A stretch of DNA of 64,000 nucleotides from Lingula anatina (taxonomy: Eukaryota; Animalia; Brachiopoda): positions 907,721-971,720 of the forward strand of contig CM120648.1 of assembly GCA_051362555.1 (NCBI GenBank), read 5' to 3'. The notes under the pieces are model-generated. The model searched no databases. It saw nothing but the letters and a program-made list of their open reading frames with translations, and was not told the DNA's origin. The position numbers and the translations under genes are program-made. This document shows positions 1 through 13,463 of this stretch, piece after piece. The first letter of the stretch is position 1, and the number at the start of each line of letters is the position of its first letter.

Positions 1-3000
1 GACATGGAGACGACCCTAGCAGCCAAGAGACGAAGAAGGGGGTTTCCAGAATACACAGACGTGAAATTCGAGGAAGAGATGTCTTGGTTCAAGAAAAAGG
101 GCCTCCTGACCAAGAAACTTCTCCAGGGCATCCTGGCGGCGGATTTCCAAGGTGTCGACCTCGATACAATGTTTTCCCTCCTCCAGCATTTTGACTTGTG
201 CTACGAGGTCCAGTGCAAGGAACAGCCGACTCTTTATTTCCCATGGTTCCTGTTTCAAAGTCTCCCTGATGACGTCCAGCAACTATGGCCTAAGACTATG
301 GAATCAGGCGTGCTGCAGCTTACCGTTGAGTTCCACTTCATCACGGTTGTCCCGCCGAGCCTCTTCGAGAGGATTCAGGTGATTCGAAAAGTTGTTAGTC
401 CTTGATATTTAAGCATGTGTCATAGATATGTTATGCCTGTTAATTGTCATTGTGACATGTACATGTTCATCATTTGATGCTCAAGCTTTAACATTTTTGA
501 AACTTACACGAGGTTTCTTTATATTTGAAACTTTTAAATACAGCATTTTATATATAACCTCTACTTATAAATATGTGTTTTTAATTGAAAGGTACGTCCC
601 TTTCAAAAGTTAGCCTTATCAAGATATTTTGAAAGATTTTTGTATTTTTAATTTTGAGATATGTTCACTTTATAATTAGTGATACTTTTAAGTTACAATT
701 CTCTAAATTAAATGGTGAAAAAATATAATTCTAGGTCCTCACACATTCCAAGGGACCGTACAAGCAGTTACCAAGACGAGACTGGAGCGAAGGTTTTTAC
801 ATGAGCCTTGGCGATATTAAGGTATATATGCAGAATCATAAGTCAACAAATGTTTAGCTCAAAGCGACCTCTGACGGAAGGGTGCGGTACTGCACACCTA
901 AGTTTAATCCAGCAGATTTGTGGATAATATTTTCCCATGAAACCGTAACTGATTTATTTTTTTTATTCTGTTTTTTAAATATTATTGAAAGTGCATCAAT
1001 GTTTTATTCACTTAGCAAAAATATGGGGAAAATCCATTGAAATGTGTAACGAGCATCAAGCTATTCATTTTTACCTTTTTAACGTTTATTTACCATCACC
1101 ATTCTATTTCCATGTAATGTATCATCATTGAAGAGCACATTATGTGATATTAATATTTACATTGAATTTGTATCACATTTCAACAGTTAAATACCTTTCC
1201 TCATTGGCCATCACAGGTGTTCGTGGAACGGTTTCAGTACCACAACGACGGCGTCCTCCAGGTCTCCGTGAGAGGCAAAGATTTGGGAAAACTCTGGGAG
1301 GAACTCAAGACCATGGTGACCACGATGCAGGGGTTGCTTGACCAGTGTCCGGGGGAGGCGTGTAACATCTACTACATCTGTCCCGGGTGTATCAGGTCTC
1401 AGATCGAGGGCTCTCGGGCCAAGAAGGAGGAGTGGAGCTGGGTGTGCACTAGCAGACCTGTAAGTTTTGGTTCGCGAAGTCGACGGTTCGCGGGTATCCG
1501 GTGTGACAGGAATGGTAATCCGCTAGGTTCAGTTGTCCGTTGTCATCACTCTGTACAGGTGACATTCGTCCCATATACTAACCTCGATACAAAGACTAAG
1601 CCTCAAGTGGGACCCCGGACTTCCATCTCTAGGACTACCATTCCTGTCACACCGATCTCCAGCAGGCAATTTTATCATTTGTGTTATGTACACGAATATA
1701 CTATAAAAATTGTCAATTTTTCCAAAACTTGTCTATTTTTCCAATCATAGGCGGCGCTCGAAAACAGGAGTTAAAAATTTAGGAAAGGACTTAATAAAAT
1801 ATGTTACGCCCTCAAAGTTACAAATAAGTTCCTCCAACAAAAAAAAACTTAACTTGGAGCTATTACCACTCCAATACTTAAGAGTCTAATAAGACGCCTT
1901 TATTACAAAGAAGCTACAGGTAGTATAAAGTGCGCTGCAGTGTATTAAATGATAGGGCCAGTTTTTCTCGTTTACAGTCAATTACAAATTTCCCTTATTT
2001 TGATAAAAAAACTGTTTGTGCCCACGAAACATCGATATGGGCGAAATGAGCTCTGATGTCTTTGAAGATAAAACAGAGAGAGAGATAGAGAGAGAGAGGG
2101 GTTAGTTCTTGTCTATACCTAACATCATCTGACGTCTTCCTAACAGGATGATGACGTTGCTGTGTCGGGACGCCTTGTTGCTGGGGCGACATCAGTGCCC
2201 TCTATCCCCTGTTACGATAACGCTCCAGTGGATGAGATGATTCCAGCGTGTCTTCAGTACCCGGAGATGTATAATGAAGGTAATGACGCACGTGCACGCA
2301 CAAGCATATTTACATGCGTTCTAGTTAAATTTTTAAAATGTGAATTAAAACATATCAGCATGTTTTTTTGTGTCTTTGGTGTTTTCCAACGAAATTATGT
2401 GCAAGTTACTTAGTTAATTTTTTGGGTATTGTAAATTTAGACTTTTTTTATTCATTATGCAAGTTGTATCAATCACAACTTTCTTTTTTAAGTGAAAAAT
2501 ACTTTGCAATTCATTATCTGTATTTATTTATCGGAATATTTCATGCTGTACTTAGCGTGTATCTATATTAAAATAACTTAATAAATAACTATAAAGCTTC
2601 GGTCTGCTTCTCCGCCCCCTTTTACTGCAATTTGTTACTGTGAAATGGAAATTGGACAGGGAAATATTGTATTATCGTGATGCCTGACTTTTTTTTTATT
2701 ATTAATTCCGATTTCTACTCTTTTTACTTCTAGATATGTACGAGCTTGTACGCGAGTACTTGTCTAGCCCGCAGATAAAACAAGAGTCCTCTGGTGGTGA
2801 GTATTGACAAATTAGAATTAAAAGAATACTGTACATGTATATTGTACAAATATATATTATATAAAAATTCACTTTCATCATGTAACATATTACGGATGTT
2901 TTCGTCTTTTCACATTCTCAACAGGGCTGATACCTGTACATGTATCATGTAAATTTATTTAAAATATTAGTATTCATTCATTTGATGAGTAAGTACAAAT

Positions 3001-3329
3001 GTAGTTGGCGTATGATAGAACCATCAACGTGAACCAAAATGAATTTATTCACCGCAAAAAATCAAGCGAATTTTGACATTGTTACAGAGTGTACAAATCA
3101 AGAAGCAGCAAACGACCAGGGATCTTCACTGGATCCATCAAGTCACCACCATCACCATTACCATCACTATCATAACCACTATAATACAACATACTGCACG
3201 CACAACAACATTAACAACTGTCAGTATGTACAGGTGGGGAATGAGAACATCATGGAGAGAGTTCCCGAGTACCTGTCTGAGCCACCGAGTGATGTTGAAC
3301 ACTGGGACCTCGATACCGACCTTAGGTGA
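1..3329 (+). CDS. ROCO (MFHAS1-like Roc-COR family) gene 1, 3' part: COR domain, CxxC region, His-rich linker, C-terminal RHIM; 5' end lies outside the window
   Basis: Exons <1-378, 735-821, 1217-1459, 2147-2279, 2734-2796, 3088-3329, all GT-AG and in phase. COR-type motifs LLQHFDLCY, LYFPWFL, VEFHFITVVPPSLFERIQ, RRDWSEG, LWEEL, QCPGE and YICPGC align motif by motif with the complete ROCO gene at 52.9-58.7 kb. The last exon encodes HHHHHYHHYHNHY...INNCQYVQVGNENIM. Confidence 0.85.
3210..3254 (+). other. RHIM (RIP homotypic interaction motif) coding segment, INNCQYVQVGNENIM
   Basis: Contains the core (I/V)Q(I/V/L)G plus the upstream I and downstream N-x-M positions. It closely resembles the human RIPK3 RHIM as recalled (NIYNCSGVQVGDNNYL). 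In frame in the terminal exon of ROCO gene 1. Confidence 0.8.
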
Positions 3330-6252
3330 CGAATTTGAAAAGAAAAATAGGGGTAAAATGAAGAATAACTTGGGTTGAAACTGCATTGATGCTGATGAAG
3401 AAGAGTAGAAATTACGGACAAAATCTGATGTCTCAGATTATCAACTGCCATAGTTATTGACCAGTCTGCAATATTTGAAATCTCTAGTTCATCGCGTTAT
3501 TGATGATTTCGTAACAAGTATGTTCAGGCCTTATACTCATTGTGTGTCTTTGATATTTATTAAAGGTGAATTAAATGTTCACAGTCCTCCACGTACGGTC
3601 TTTAATAGCAAGGTGGTGGAAAGGGTCGAGACAATATATTAGAATATAAATTAGGTTTAGACGACCCATCTACAAACTCGTCTCAGTTTTTAATGTAAGG
3701 TTTATAAATGTACCCTGTAATGGTGCTATTTCATCTCATCCACCCACCCTCAAACACACTGTCAAAAATTGTACAAGTATCTCAGGTGTGGAGATAGACC
3801 ATGTGACATTACGAAGAAAGCTCAGTTTTAAGGTAATCCAATGTGTAACTCAATCCCAGGAGTTGTACATAAATGTATATCCCCTTTGCTCAGCCAAAAG
3901 TAACTCATGGCAGTCGCTCTGGCTGTCACAGGTTAGGGTTAGGGTCATTGGCGTCCGCAGAAAATTTTCCAGGGGGGTCAAAGTCATTGAAGGGAGAATA
4001 ATGATTGTCTGGGTACCCGCTTTAAAATGCAGTTACAAAATTCCAGGGGGGGGGGTCAAGTGCGGAAATGCTGCAGTAGGGTAAATATTTATTTTTTCAG
4101 AATAATTCATATACAAGTATGTTAGCTGACGAAGAAGGGTGAAAATTCATTTAACTTAATTGCTTACAGATATGTATCATTATGTATTTAAAGCTGGTAG
4201 GCTTCTACTTTAAAATTATTTAAATAGCACATGACATTTGATTGTGGAGTTCCTCTGAAGAATTTTTCTAAAGAATTGTTATTTTTGTCAGTTATGTTTT
4301 TGCTTTAACCAAAGGTAAAAAGCCGTATGTATGTGTCTGTGTGTGCATTCTAATAAACAAATCGGCATTGTTGATGCGTCCACATTTACCGACTGACATA
4401 AAAGAATACTGCTATTTATATTTATCAGTTTTATTTATCACAATATTGTTGTTACTTATATATGATGAATGATATTATTTTGATTTTATAATATTGTTAT
4501 ATCCGAGACTTTAGTCACAAAATTTAGTCCTCAAAAAAGGAAGAACTTTCTCTAAAATGTTTATCAATGGCCTCACAATTTCATTTCGAAACTTATTTTC
4601 GTATAAAAAATAGAAGGGGATGAGATGACATTCGAGTGAACTCACATTTACCTGAAACAAGATCGAAATAGGTTTGAATGTTACATTATTCTGCATCAAA
4701 TAGAATATTTCGCACTTGAACCAGTTGTCAAAAGAATAAAGCATTTCTATTTTTGAAAGCTCCATTTATAAGAATAATCACTCAAGTACAAACGTTTGCC
4801 TCCCTTTTTCTTGTTACAGACATCTACTTCTCCATGGAAAATACACATTGTTCCATTTTAATTCCTGCTCCACTCAATTACCACAGAGATACATGCACGT
4901 GCTACACGTAATAAGTAGTACTGCGTCACTAGCAGCCTGGATAGACCGGACTCACAGTCAATACATCATAGTGTTATTTCACCTTTTTAAATGCATTAAG
5001 TAAGTATATGCTAGGGTTTTAACTTAAACAATCTTTTCTATGATAACCGGACAAATAAATGCGTTGTCGTTGTCTGCGCCTTGAAATATTGGCAGGAATC
5101 CAATTTACCGTTTCCCACAGCCAAGGTTGTACAATGTTTTTTTTCCCCATGTGTACAAGTAACTTTTTTGCCGGCCAGTCGGGTTTAATAGCTGCTCATG
5201 ACGTCACGCTTCAAACTCATATACATGTGACATTCGTAATAAAATAAACACTGTATTACCCACTGGGGTGTGTTGGTGGTTTCCAGTTTGATGTATGTTC
5301 TGACGAGTCAAGGGTTTCTTATTCAATGGGCTTTTATTTTTTCTATCACACTTGTAATGTTACTTCTTCTGATTGAAGCACAAACATGTAAACGAATTGC
5401 AGTAAAAATACATATACACCAACAACAGCACTCCAACATAAAACAAAGACCTCCGCCAAGGAAAATACATGTACAATAATTTACAGGGTTAACTGAATCA
5501 AAAATTACTATAAAGCATATAAGTTTTGAATATCGCACGAATTTGGTCCCAAGCCAATCAACGGTCGAAGCAAGTAGGCCCACTATACCCAAAGGTCGAT
5601 CAAAGGTAGGCCTATATACCTTATACGCATACGAAGTTACCCTAACACGTCGCGGGTTTTATAGTAGTTTATGGGTCTACTATACTCAGGGAAACACAAA
5701 TGCTGCTCAGAGTTTCACACGACAGAACTGGGAGTTACCCAGGGCTGACTGAGAAAAACACTACGAGCCTTTTTTCATGCCCACGTAACTATGGCACATG
5801 TAAAACACCTAAGCTACTCAAATTTGGCGTCGCCGAAACCGTGAAACCATCCAGTTGGCATCGTGCAATAAAAAAGGTGGTTAAACGATGTCATTAAGTT
5901 GTAGTGTTGCATTATTAGATATTCGGTCAACTTTTTGTCTCTTTATCGTCTTCTTGGGGCGAAAAATTATCAGAAGGCACTGATTACCACTCTAAAAAAA
6001 GATTACAATATTTGACAAGATGCCTTCACGATGGCCATGTGATGGGAAAAAATTGACTCACCGATCAAATACGAAAATTAACCCTCACAATTCTGTCATT
6101 GTGAAGTTGTTGCAGAAAGCCGAGGAACTCCACCGGCGTTGATGCGAGGTCTTACAACACCATTATGAATGACCCGATGTTTTTGCGGTCAGAGCCAAAT
6201 TTGACTTTTCCGTTCTACTAGTCGTGTTTCCATCTGATATCAACTTCACTAC

Positions 6253-6466
6253 AGCATGACACATACATTACACCAGCAAACAAAAAACGACGGATGCAGT
6301 AGAAAGGGGGGTATAAGAAGCAAATCATTGTATATACACTGTTTATAATGTTTGCATGACACATGCATAACACAAGCAAACTAAAACGGCAACCCTTTCA
6401 TTGACGGATGCAGTAGAAAGGGGGGTATAAGTAGCAAACCATGGTATATACACTGTTAATAATGTT
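6253..6466. repeat. Tandem direct duplication of about 100-115 bp
   Basis: GCATGACACAT...GACGGATGCAGTAGAAAGGGGGGTATAAG...TATATACACTGTT...ATAATGTTT occurs twice. Confidence 0.8.
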
Positions 6467-6899
6467 TCTTTTTTGGCACTTTCATATTACTGGCTACTTC
6501 GTGCAAACTAAAATCTTCTGTAGCGATTTCAGGTTGCGTTATCACATGGTATTGAAAGGTATTTTACAAATGCACTTTGTGATCACCCTTGCTAGAATAA
6601 GTGCTTACTACGGTTTCAAAACTCTAAGGTGATTTTAAAATGATGAAAATTATATATACATCTTTCACACCCACTATGATCAGAATGGCAACTTGCTGCC
6701 ACGCCTTTTATATGTATCCTATGAACAAACTTTTTTCGAGTTTCAGTCACAAATTGAAGATTCACTCAGCAGCTGTTTCCCTTCACATTGAAAATACCAA
6801 CTGACCAATACTGGAGCCAGGGTTTTTTGTCCTCTTACCCTCAGTCAGATCGTTTTTCTTTCTTTTCTAACTACAACGTGACAGTACCTAGGTCATTGT

Positions 6900-9800
6900 C
6901 TACGAAACGGGACAGAAATTCAGCGCTGAGCCCTGGGCCCCTATTCCTTTTGAAAATACCCAAACAGTTTATAATACTTACAATACTTTACAATATTACA
7001 ATATTTTAGTTGTAGATACTTTTTAAAGTTATGAAACATCATTCAAATAAAACATATTTGATCAATTGAAATAATGTAGGTAACCATTATTGTATATTGA
7101 AAATAAGAAAGGGTAATTTCCATATTAAACCCAATTGACCCCTTACGTTATATTACTTAAATGTATCAAATATAGAGGTGTTTCACGTGTATCATTGGTA
7201 TAGAGTCAAACAAGGTGTTTAAGTATGATGAAACCTCAAAGAAGATTAATTTTTGTTGAACAGGTAAACACACAATGTAGGCTATGTCTTTACAATTCAA
7301 CACCTCATTATACTTATTCTGCATATTGAACATAACATCCCAAAACACAGTATCTTTACAAACGTGTGTACTTACCCCCATTAAGCTCACACGAACATCC
7401 ATTAAGTTTCCTCTTTTTCCCTCCTCGTTTTATCCCCTGGTCTGAAAGTAATTATTCACTCTTTATTTATTTTCTTATTAATTGATTTATTTTTCAATTC
7501 ATGTTATCCTTCATTTGTCATGATCATTGTTTTCTTTTTCTGCAAAAGATTTCAGATGCACTTTTGACATTTTTACGCAGGCTGGAAACTCTAAATTGAG
7601 GCGGAGAAAATGCAAAATGTCCCAAATTACACAAAATTATAATACATGACAAAAATTACATCACCGTGATAATATGCATTTATCCATTACATGCATGTTC
7701 TTAAATGTTAATGATAGGAAGGAGCAGAGAGAGATACCTGTGGAGTTAGAGAGAACGCAAACGGCACCAGTACACGTGTCAACCTACCGTCACTGCCCTC
7801 AAAAAGTAGAACCTTGGCACCAGGAAAAATTTTCCCTGCGAGCAAGCGCTTCCATTTGGTTTTCAGGTCGGGGCGCTGGGTCACGTTAAGAATGAACAGC
7901 GTTTCCTTGGGTACATCTGGCATGCTGGCCAAGATCTCCTGCACCGTCTGCCCTCGCTTCATTGCATGGCTTCTAATGTAATCAAATTAAAGTTGACGAC
8001 AATTATTCACATTCATTTACCGAAATTAATATTAAAATTTTGGTCGTGGAGACACAATACTATGCGTATACAGCTGGGTTTCGCCAAATACAAAACATCG
8101 GAGGATAAAACAGAATCTTGACATATATGGCATCTTTCATAGTTTGTATCTAAATGAGAGTAGCAATATTATATATTGGCCAGTGAATATGCCAAGTGAA
8201 TAATGTTTATAAATATACCATAAATATACAAATTATTTCTAAATAATGCAAGTACTAGCTGAACTCAATTCAAAACTTTATCATTAAAAGTCACAGACAA
8301 CTTTACCCTAAAATCTCTTCCACTGTTTCTATGTCTATGACTGCCTTGTAACCTCCCCATTCCCTCTGTCCAGATTCAGCACCGGAGTTTACCCACTGCC
8401 CACAGATAGTGGACTTCAAAAAGCTGCCATGCCTGGATTCAGTGACCTTCCAGGGGACCACACGATCCTCTGTTGTATTACGTGTGGCAGTTGCTGGCTG
8501 TGAAATGATGGATGGAGGATCTCTCTCCCAGGATATTGTAATGGGTTCTTTTCTGATGCTGATATCGTGTATTAGTTCACGTTGATCGTATCTGTATCTG
8601 GATAGAAGCTCCCATTCCAACACGGGCCAACTGACTGGAATATTAGAAAACTCATCTCAAATGAGTGTTGATAGATAACTGAATGTGGTATTTACAGGAA
8701 AAATATATAACACATAATATATAGCACTTAATGCATGCGATCATATCAGTTCTGCCGCATCACTTTGAACATCGTCTTGTGTAATTCTAAGAATTGAACT
8801 CCTCAGTTGATGCAATAAGCTAGGAGAGATAAGTGAAGACCAGTGGCTAAATTGGAATTTAAACCATAGGTATTACATGTATATAAGTTTTTTCGTCTAA
8901 ATGACTAGACACCATTATCTAAATTAAGGTTCCTCTTCATACGTCAAATTCGCAGCATATGCTAGGTGTGCAAATCTTTCCTGGTTTAATAATATTATAA
9001 TAGCTGACTCTCATATGTCATACAATAAACATATCAATACAACTGAATATATTTACGCATGAAGCACCATAGTTAACTTACTTAACATGCCATAGTTAAC
9101 TTACTTAACATGCCGTCTGCCAGGTCATCCTGCTCTACAAGTAGCAAAGCATCATACAGATACCAGCTAATTCCCTCCCTGTCCCCTGAAAGTAGAGTGT
9201 CCAGCATCTCCTGGACTTTCTCCACTCTGGATGGTTGCTGAAGTATGGTGGTTCTTTCATCCTCACTGACCATGCGTTTGCTGACAAGATGATCAAGTAC
9301 AAGATGAAGGTCTGGTTCAGATAGGTTTTCAGTTATCTCTAAGTATGCACTTAGTATTTTCCTCATACCCCTAGGTATCCAAACATCACGGCCTGCTCCT
9401 CTTTCCCATGAGTACTGTGTGGTCAGTATATTAAATGCCAACTCCTCTTGACCTGCACGCAGTAGTGCACAAGCCAAGACCCTCATTGCTCTTAGACCCT
9501 TGTTTCTTTTATTCATGACAATGTTCATCAGTTCCTGTGCTGCTTTATGACCAGATGTTCCTATTCGGTGCTGATCGTCTAGGATTTTGTGACGTTTGAG
9601 AGTTTTGGTTACATCAGCAAGTGTTGAAACTTTTTGTAGTGCTGTGCAGCTTTTCTCGTAATGCTCTTTTAAAGCCTTGACATGGTCAGGATCTCCGTCA
9701 AATACCACAGGGGGACATAACGCTTCAAAGGAAGATATAATTATAAATAAAATAATGTTGACTATAATGATAACAAATAAATAAAGGATTATTTGTTGCT

Positions 9801-10150
9801 CATACGTCTAACGACTACAAGTAACAAAATACTATCAATCAGACTTCTTAAAATGCTTCATATAGAACTTCCGGATATTTTAACTTTTCATATAACCTAG
9901 AATGAGAGTAGAGAGGGGCAATGTCGGGGCGAATATTCTGGAAAATGATAATCAACATAAAAAAGCTTTATTTTATTTATTTATTATTTATTTTTGCTTT
10001 TTATTCCTTTCAATTTGAATCACACATGTTGCCCTCTTCAGCACATTTCTCTTACAACAAATACACGCACTTGACTTGGAACAAAGTTTACAGATAACAA
10101 AACTGTGTGATGAATGAACATACTATAGGTTTTTGTGGGTATATACGTAT

Positions 10151-10184
<34 letters not shown>

Positions 10185-10597
10185 TGAAAGTTTTAAATCA
10201 ATGAACAGTTCACGACGTGAATGTTATATAACACTAACCTCTTTCATATAATTTCCTGATATCATCCTCCGCTTTCTCAACATTTTCTACAAGCCTCGCA
10301 ACGCCAGATATTTTCAACAGTTTCTTGAGCAACTCATATTGTCCCACTCTGATGTGACCTCCATCTTCCAAGGCATTCAACAGTTTATATGTATTGTAAT
10401 CCTCCATAGTACGCGCCCCACAAAAAAACTCCCCTTGAAAGTTGTTTCATAGCCTCTAACGCTTCCTTGGTAATATTTATGTTCAAATGAACAAACAGTT
10501 CATTTTGTCGTAGTCTACATTTCCTTTCTAACTCACGATTAGCCGAGTCTTGCGATGACGTAACCGGAGGTTGCAAGAGATCCTGGTACTCGTGCAT
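6900..10597 (-). pseudogene. Paralog A: DED-CARD-CARD-degenerate NACHT-like module; frameshifted in the DED exon (pseudogene or homopolymer sequencing error)
   Basis: Exons 10597-10239 (DED; ATG of MHEYQ; frameshift at the T7 run, plus-strand A7 at 10422-10428), 9722-9105 (618 nt, two CARD-like folds), 8634-8307, 7972-7788, 7441-7376; tentative last exon 6946-6900. The CARD exon (618 nt) and the second NACHT-like exon (185 nt) have the same lengths as in paralogs B and C. Confidence 0.7.
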
Positions 10598-13463
10598 CTT
10601 AGGCGACTTGAATGGCAGTAAAGAGGGGAAATAAGATGCACCCAAGAATCATTCAAGGTTGTTGAAACGAGCTGTCTGACAGTCAATCTGAAACGACATG
10701 AACATTATTGCTAAATGAGTTTTTTTTATTCTAATGGGGATGCTCCACAGTGATGGAGCCAAGGAAATTGAACAGCCTGGGTTCAGAGGTGGATGGAAAC
10801 GTACCTCCTTATAAATACATATTGCATATGCTGGTACATATAGCGACATTAAAACACAAGCAACAGCATGGCCGATGAAAATTAAACCCAACTGGAAGTA
10901 CAATTGTAATGAATAAGATAGGCATCTGTGAATCATGCCAAAAAACTCATCTGTGGACCTGGTAGAGGGCACTGATTCTCGGAGTGTGGATCTAGGTGCA
11001 TTGGATGAAATCATGCTGCTTACAGCATCCTAAAATAATATTTTTAAAAGAAATAGGGACGATGATCAATTGGATTTTTAAAATCGTGGAATCAATTTTC
11101 AGTTGGTAGGCAACTGAGACACTACTTCGACATTGCAACCTGCAGGCAATTCGTGGAACAACCAACACTCTTGAGAGTTAAAAAATTGATCACAACGCGC
11201 GGCGGTCTTGGTCAGCTTTGAAGCTGGTGTTTTCATTGCATTAACAAGCTCGTCACAATCTCTTGCGTATTCAGGTGACAGGTGCACGCAGACTCGAATG
11301 AAAGGATAAAAGGGTGGCCTTAAGAATTCAGCCCTTCAAAGTTAAAATTCAGTTTAAAGAAGCAGTATCTACCGAAACCTACCCTTTCTCTTCAAATTGT
11401 GCATCGCAATCTGATATATGAGCAACGGATTTCTTAAAATATTAAAAATGAAATAAATAAAATAAAATAAAATGTGCATCTCCACACGTGGAAACCAATT
11501 AAGTACCTCGGGTTCGTCTATGATTAAATTAATCTGTCCATTTTATCAATCTGTTTGGGAGTGGATGGATCCCGAAAGAATGGGACAGATGCCTTATTCG
11601 TTACTAGCCGCATTATCTATTCATATCATTAAACGTTGAACTTGACGTGAAAAAATTCCCCAGTATCTTGGGCTCTATAAACTTCAGTACGAATTTTGTG
11701 CTGCGACTGGTGTTGAGGAGAGAGGTGAAGGCTGTTTTTTTTTTCTTCAAGAGAACTGAAATTGTCAAGGATAGCTGTTTTTGTTTATATTCCAATATTT
11801 TTTAAAAACATAACGATACTTCACCTGTTCCAACTTTTCGGTTCAAATAGTTTGTAATCAACTTCTGTCGTGAACAATAAAGCCTTTGAACGTTTGTTTT
11901 ATCTTATCAAGAATACTTATTGATTTTGATACAAAAGAAACCCCTCCTTTTCTTCGAGAAATATGTACCCCCCCCCCCCCCCCCCCAGAAAAATCATATT
12001 CTATTAAAGAATCGTTCAGAATTTCACTTGAAAACAGTAGAGAAAAAATGCATTGGGGTACACGCCACAACCCTGAACCCTGCCTCCACCCGGAAATATA
12101 CATGTATATGACTACAGTTGTGTAGCATTATCATCCCATCATTATAATAAGATTAAATATGTCATGTTCTGTACTTACAGGATGTTCTTCTAATTTGATG
12201 AACGACTGTACTTCACTTGATATTAACCAATGATATTCAATCCAAACACCAAGTGGGCGTTAAGCTCTTGGAGTCGCTTCCTAATTGTCATTGGATTTAC
12301 AGAAAATGTGGCTGACAGCCATAAAAATATTTAATAATAATTTTGACACTCGCTCCTCCCACTATACGGTGATAGACAAATCAGAATTCACAACTGCTGG
12401 GCCACGTGACCTACTGAGTACTCCGTGCGCAATCGGCAATCCTCGGCTCATTCCGCAAGCTCCATACTGTCGAGTGCGGAGACATCCGAGTAGTTCCGAG
12501 TGCTCCGTGCGTAAACACAACTGCGGATAGTCATTTCATGGGAAAGAATATACATTTAAAGAATCGGATATGTATAATCGTGAAATCTGGATAAATATTC
12601 CGGCGTTTAATGATATGGCATACATATATCAAAGAACGTTAAGGGAAATACACAGTCTACAATAATTATTTTACTATAGAACAGAGAAAAATCTTCGGCA
12701 GAACTTCTCGAGAAAGTTTGTGGCTATAGTTACATGTATGACATTTTCGGTATATCTTTACACTGTACCTGACCTCATTACATAAGTTTAAAGAAATTTG
12801 GACCTAAAGGCAGCGGTATTGATATATATATACATGTACAGCGTACCTGACCCGATGACATACATGTAAGGTCGCGGATTGGTTACTAGCCGCGTCATCT
12901 ATTTATAGCGTGGTACATTGATCTTGACGTGGAAAAAACCCCCACTCACTGTGGACTTGAGTGTTAGCTTTGTAGTGTAAATAGTACTGGGGAGGGGGAA
13001 ATTACTGTTGATGTGAAGTAGAATAACGGTTTCTGTAACTGTTTCAGCTAATTCTAAAAAAATAACGATATTTTCCTTTTCAAATCTTTCGGTACAAATA
13101 TCAGTTTAGAATTAAATTGTGGTTAGTACTTGAAGGTGAATATTTGTTTTATCTTCTGAAACATATTTACAAAATTTGATGACAAAAGTCTCCTTTTCTC
13201 TGAGAAATATTCACCCATGGGTGCCAGTAGGAGTACACAAGGAAGCATTCTGCTTCCACCCCACCACCAGGAAAAAATATGTAAGCCTCTCTCAGAAATT
13301 CATGTGAAGCCGAGTATAGAATGGCACATAGACTACACTGTAAATCGATCATCAGCCTCTGTATTCTCTCTGTAAAGGTAGAAGAACACATACAACACGG
13401 ACTGACACTGCATGAAAAGGAATACATGTATACGGGTACAGAACGGACATCACACATGGCATA

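Noticed and set aside
3931-3944. TTAGGG telomere-like repeats (also TAACCCTAACC at about 59700)
   Set aside because: Only about two units, too short to call an interstitial telomere.
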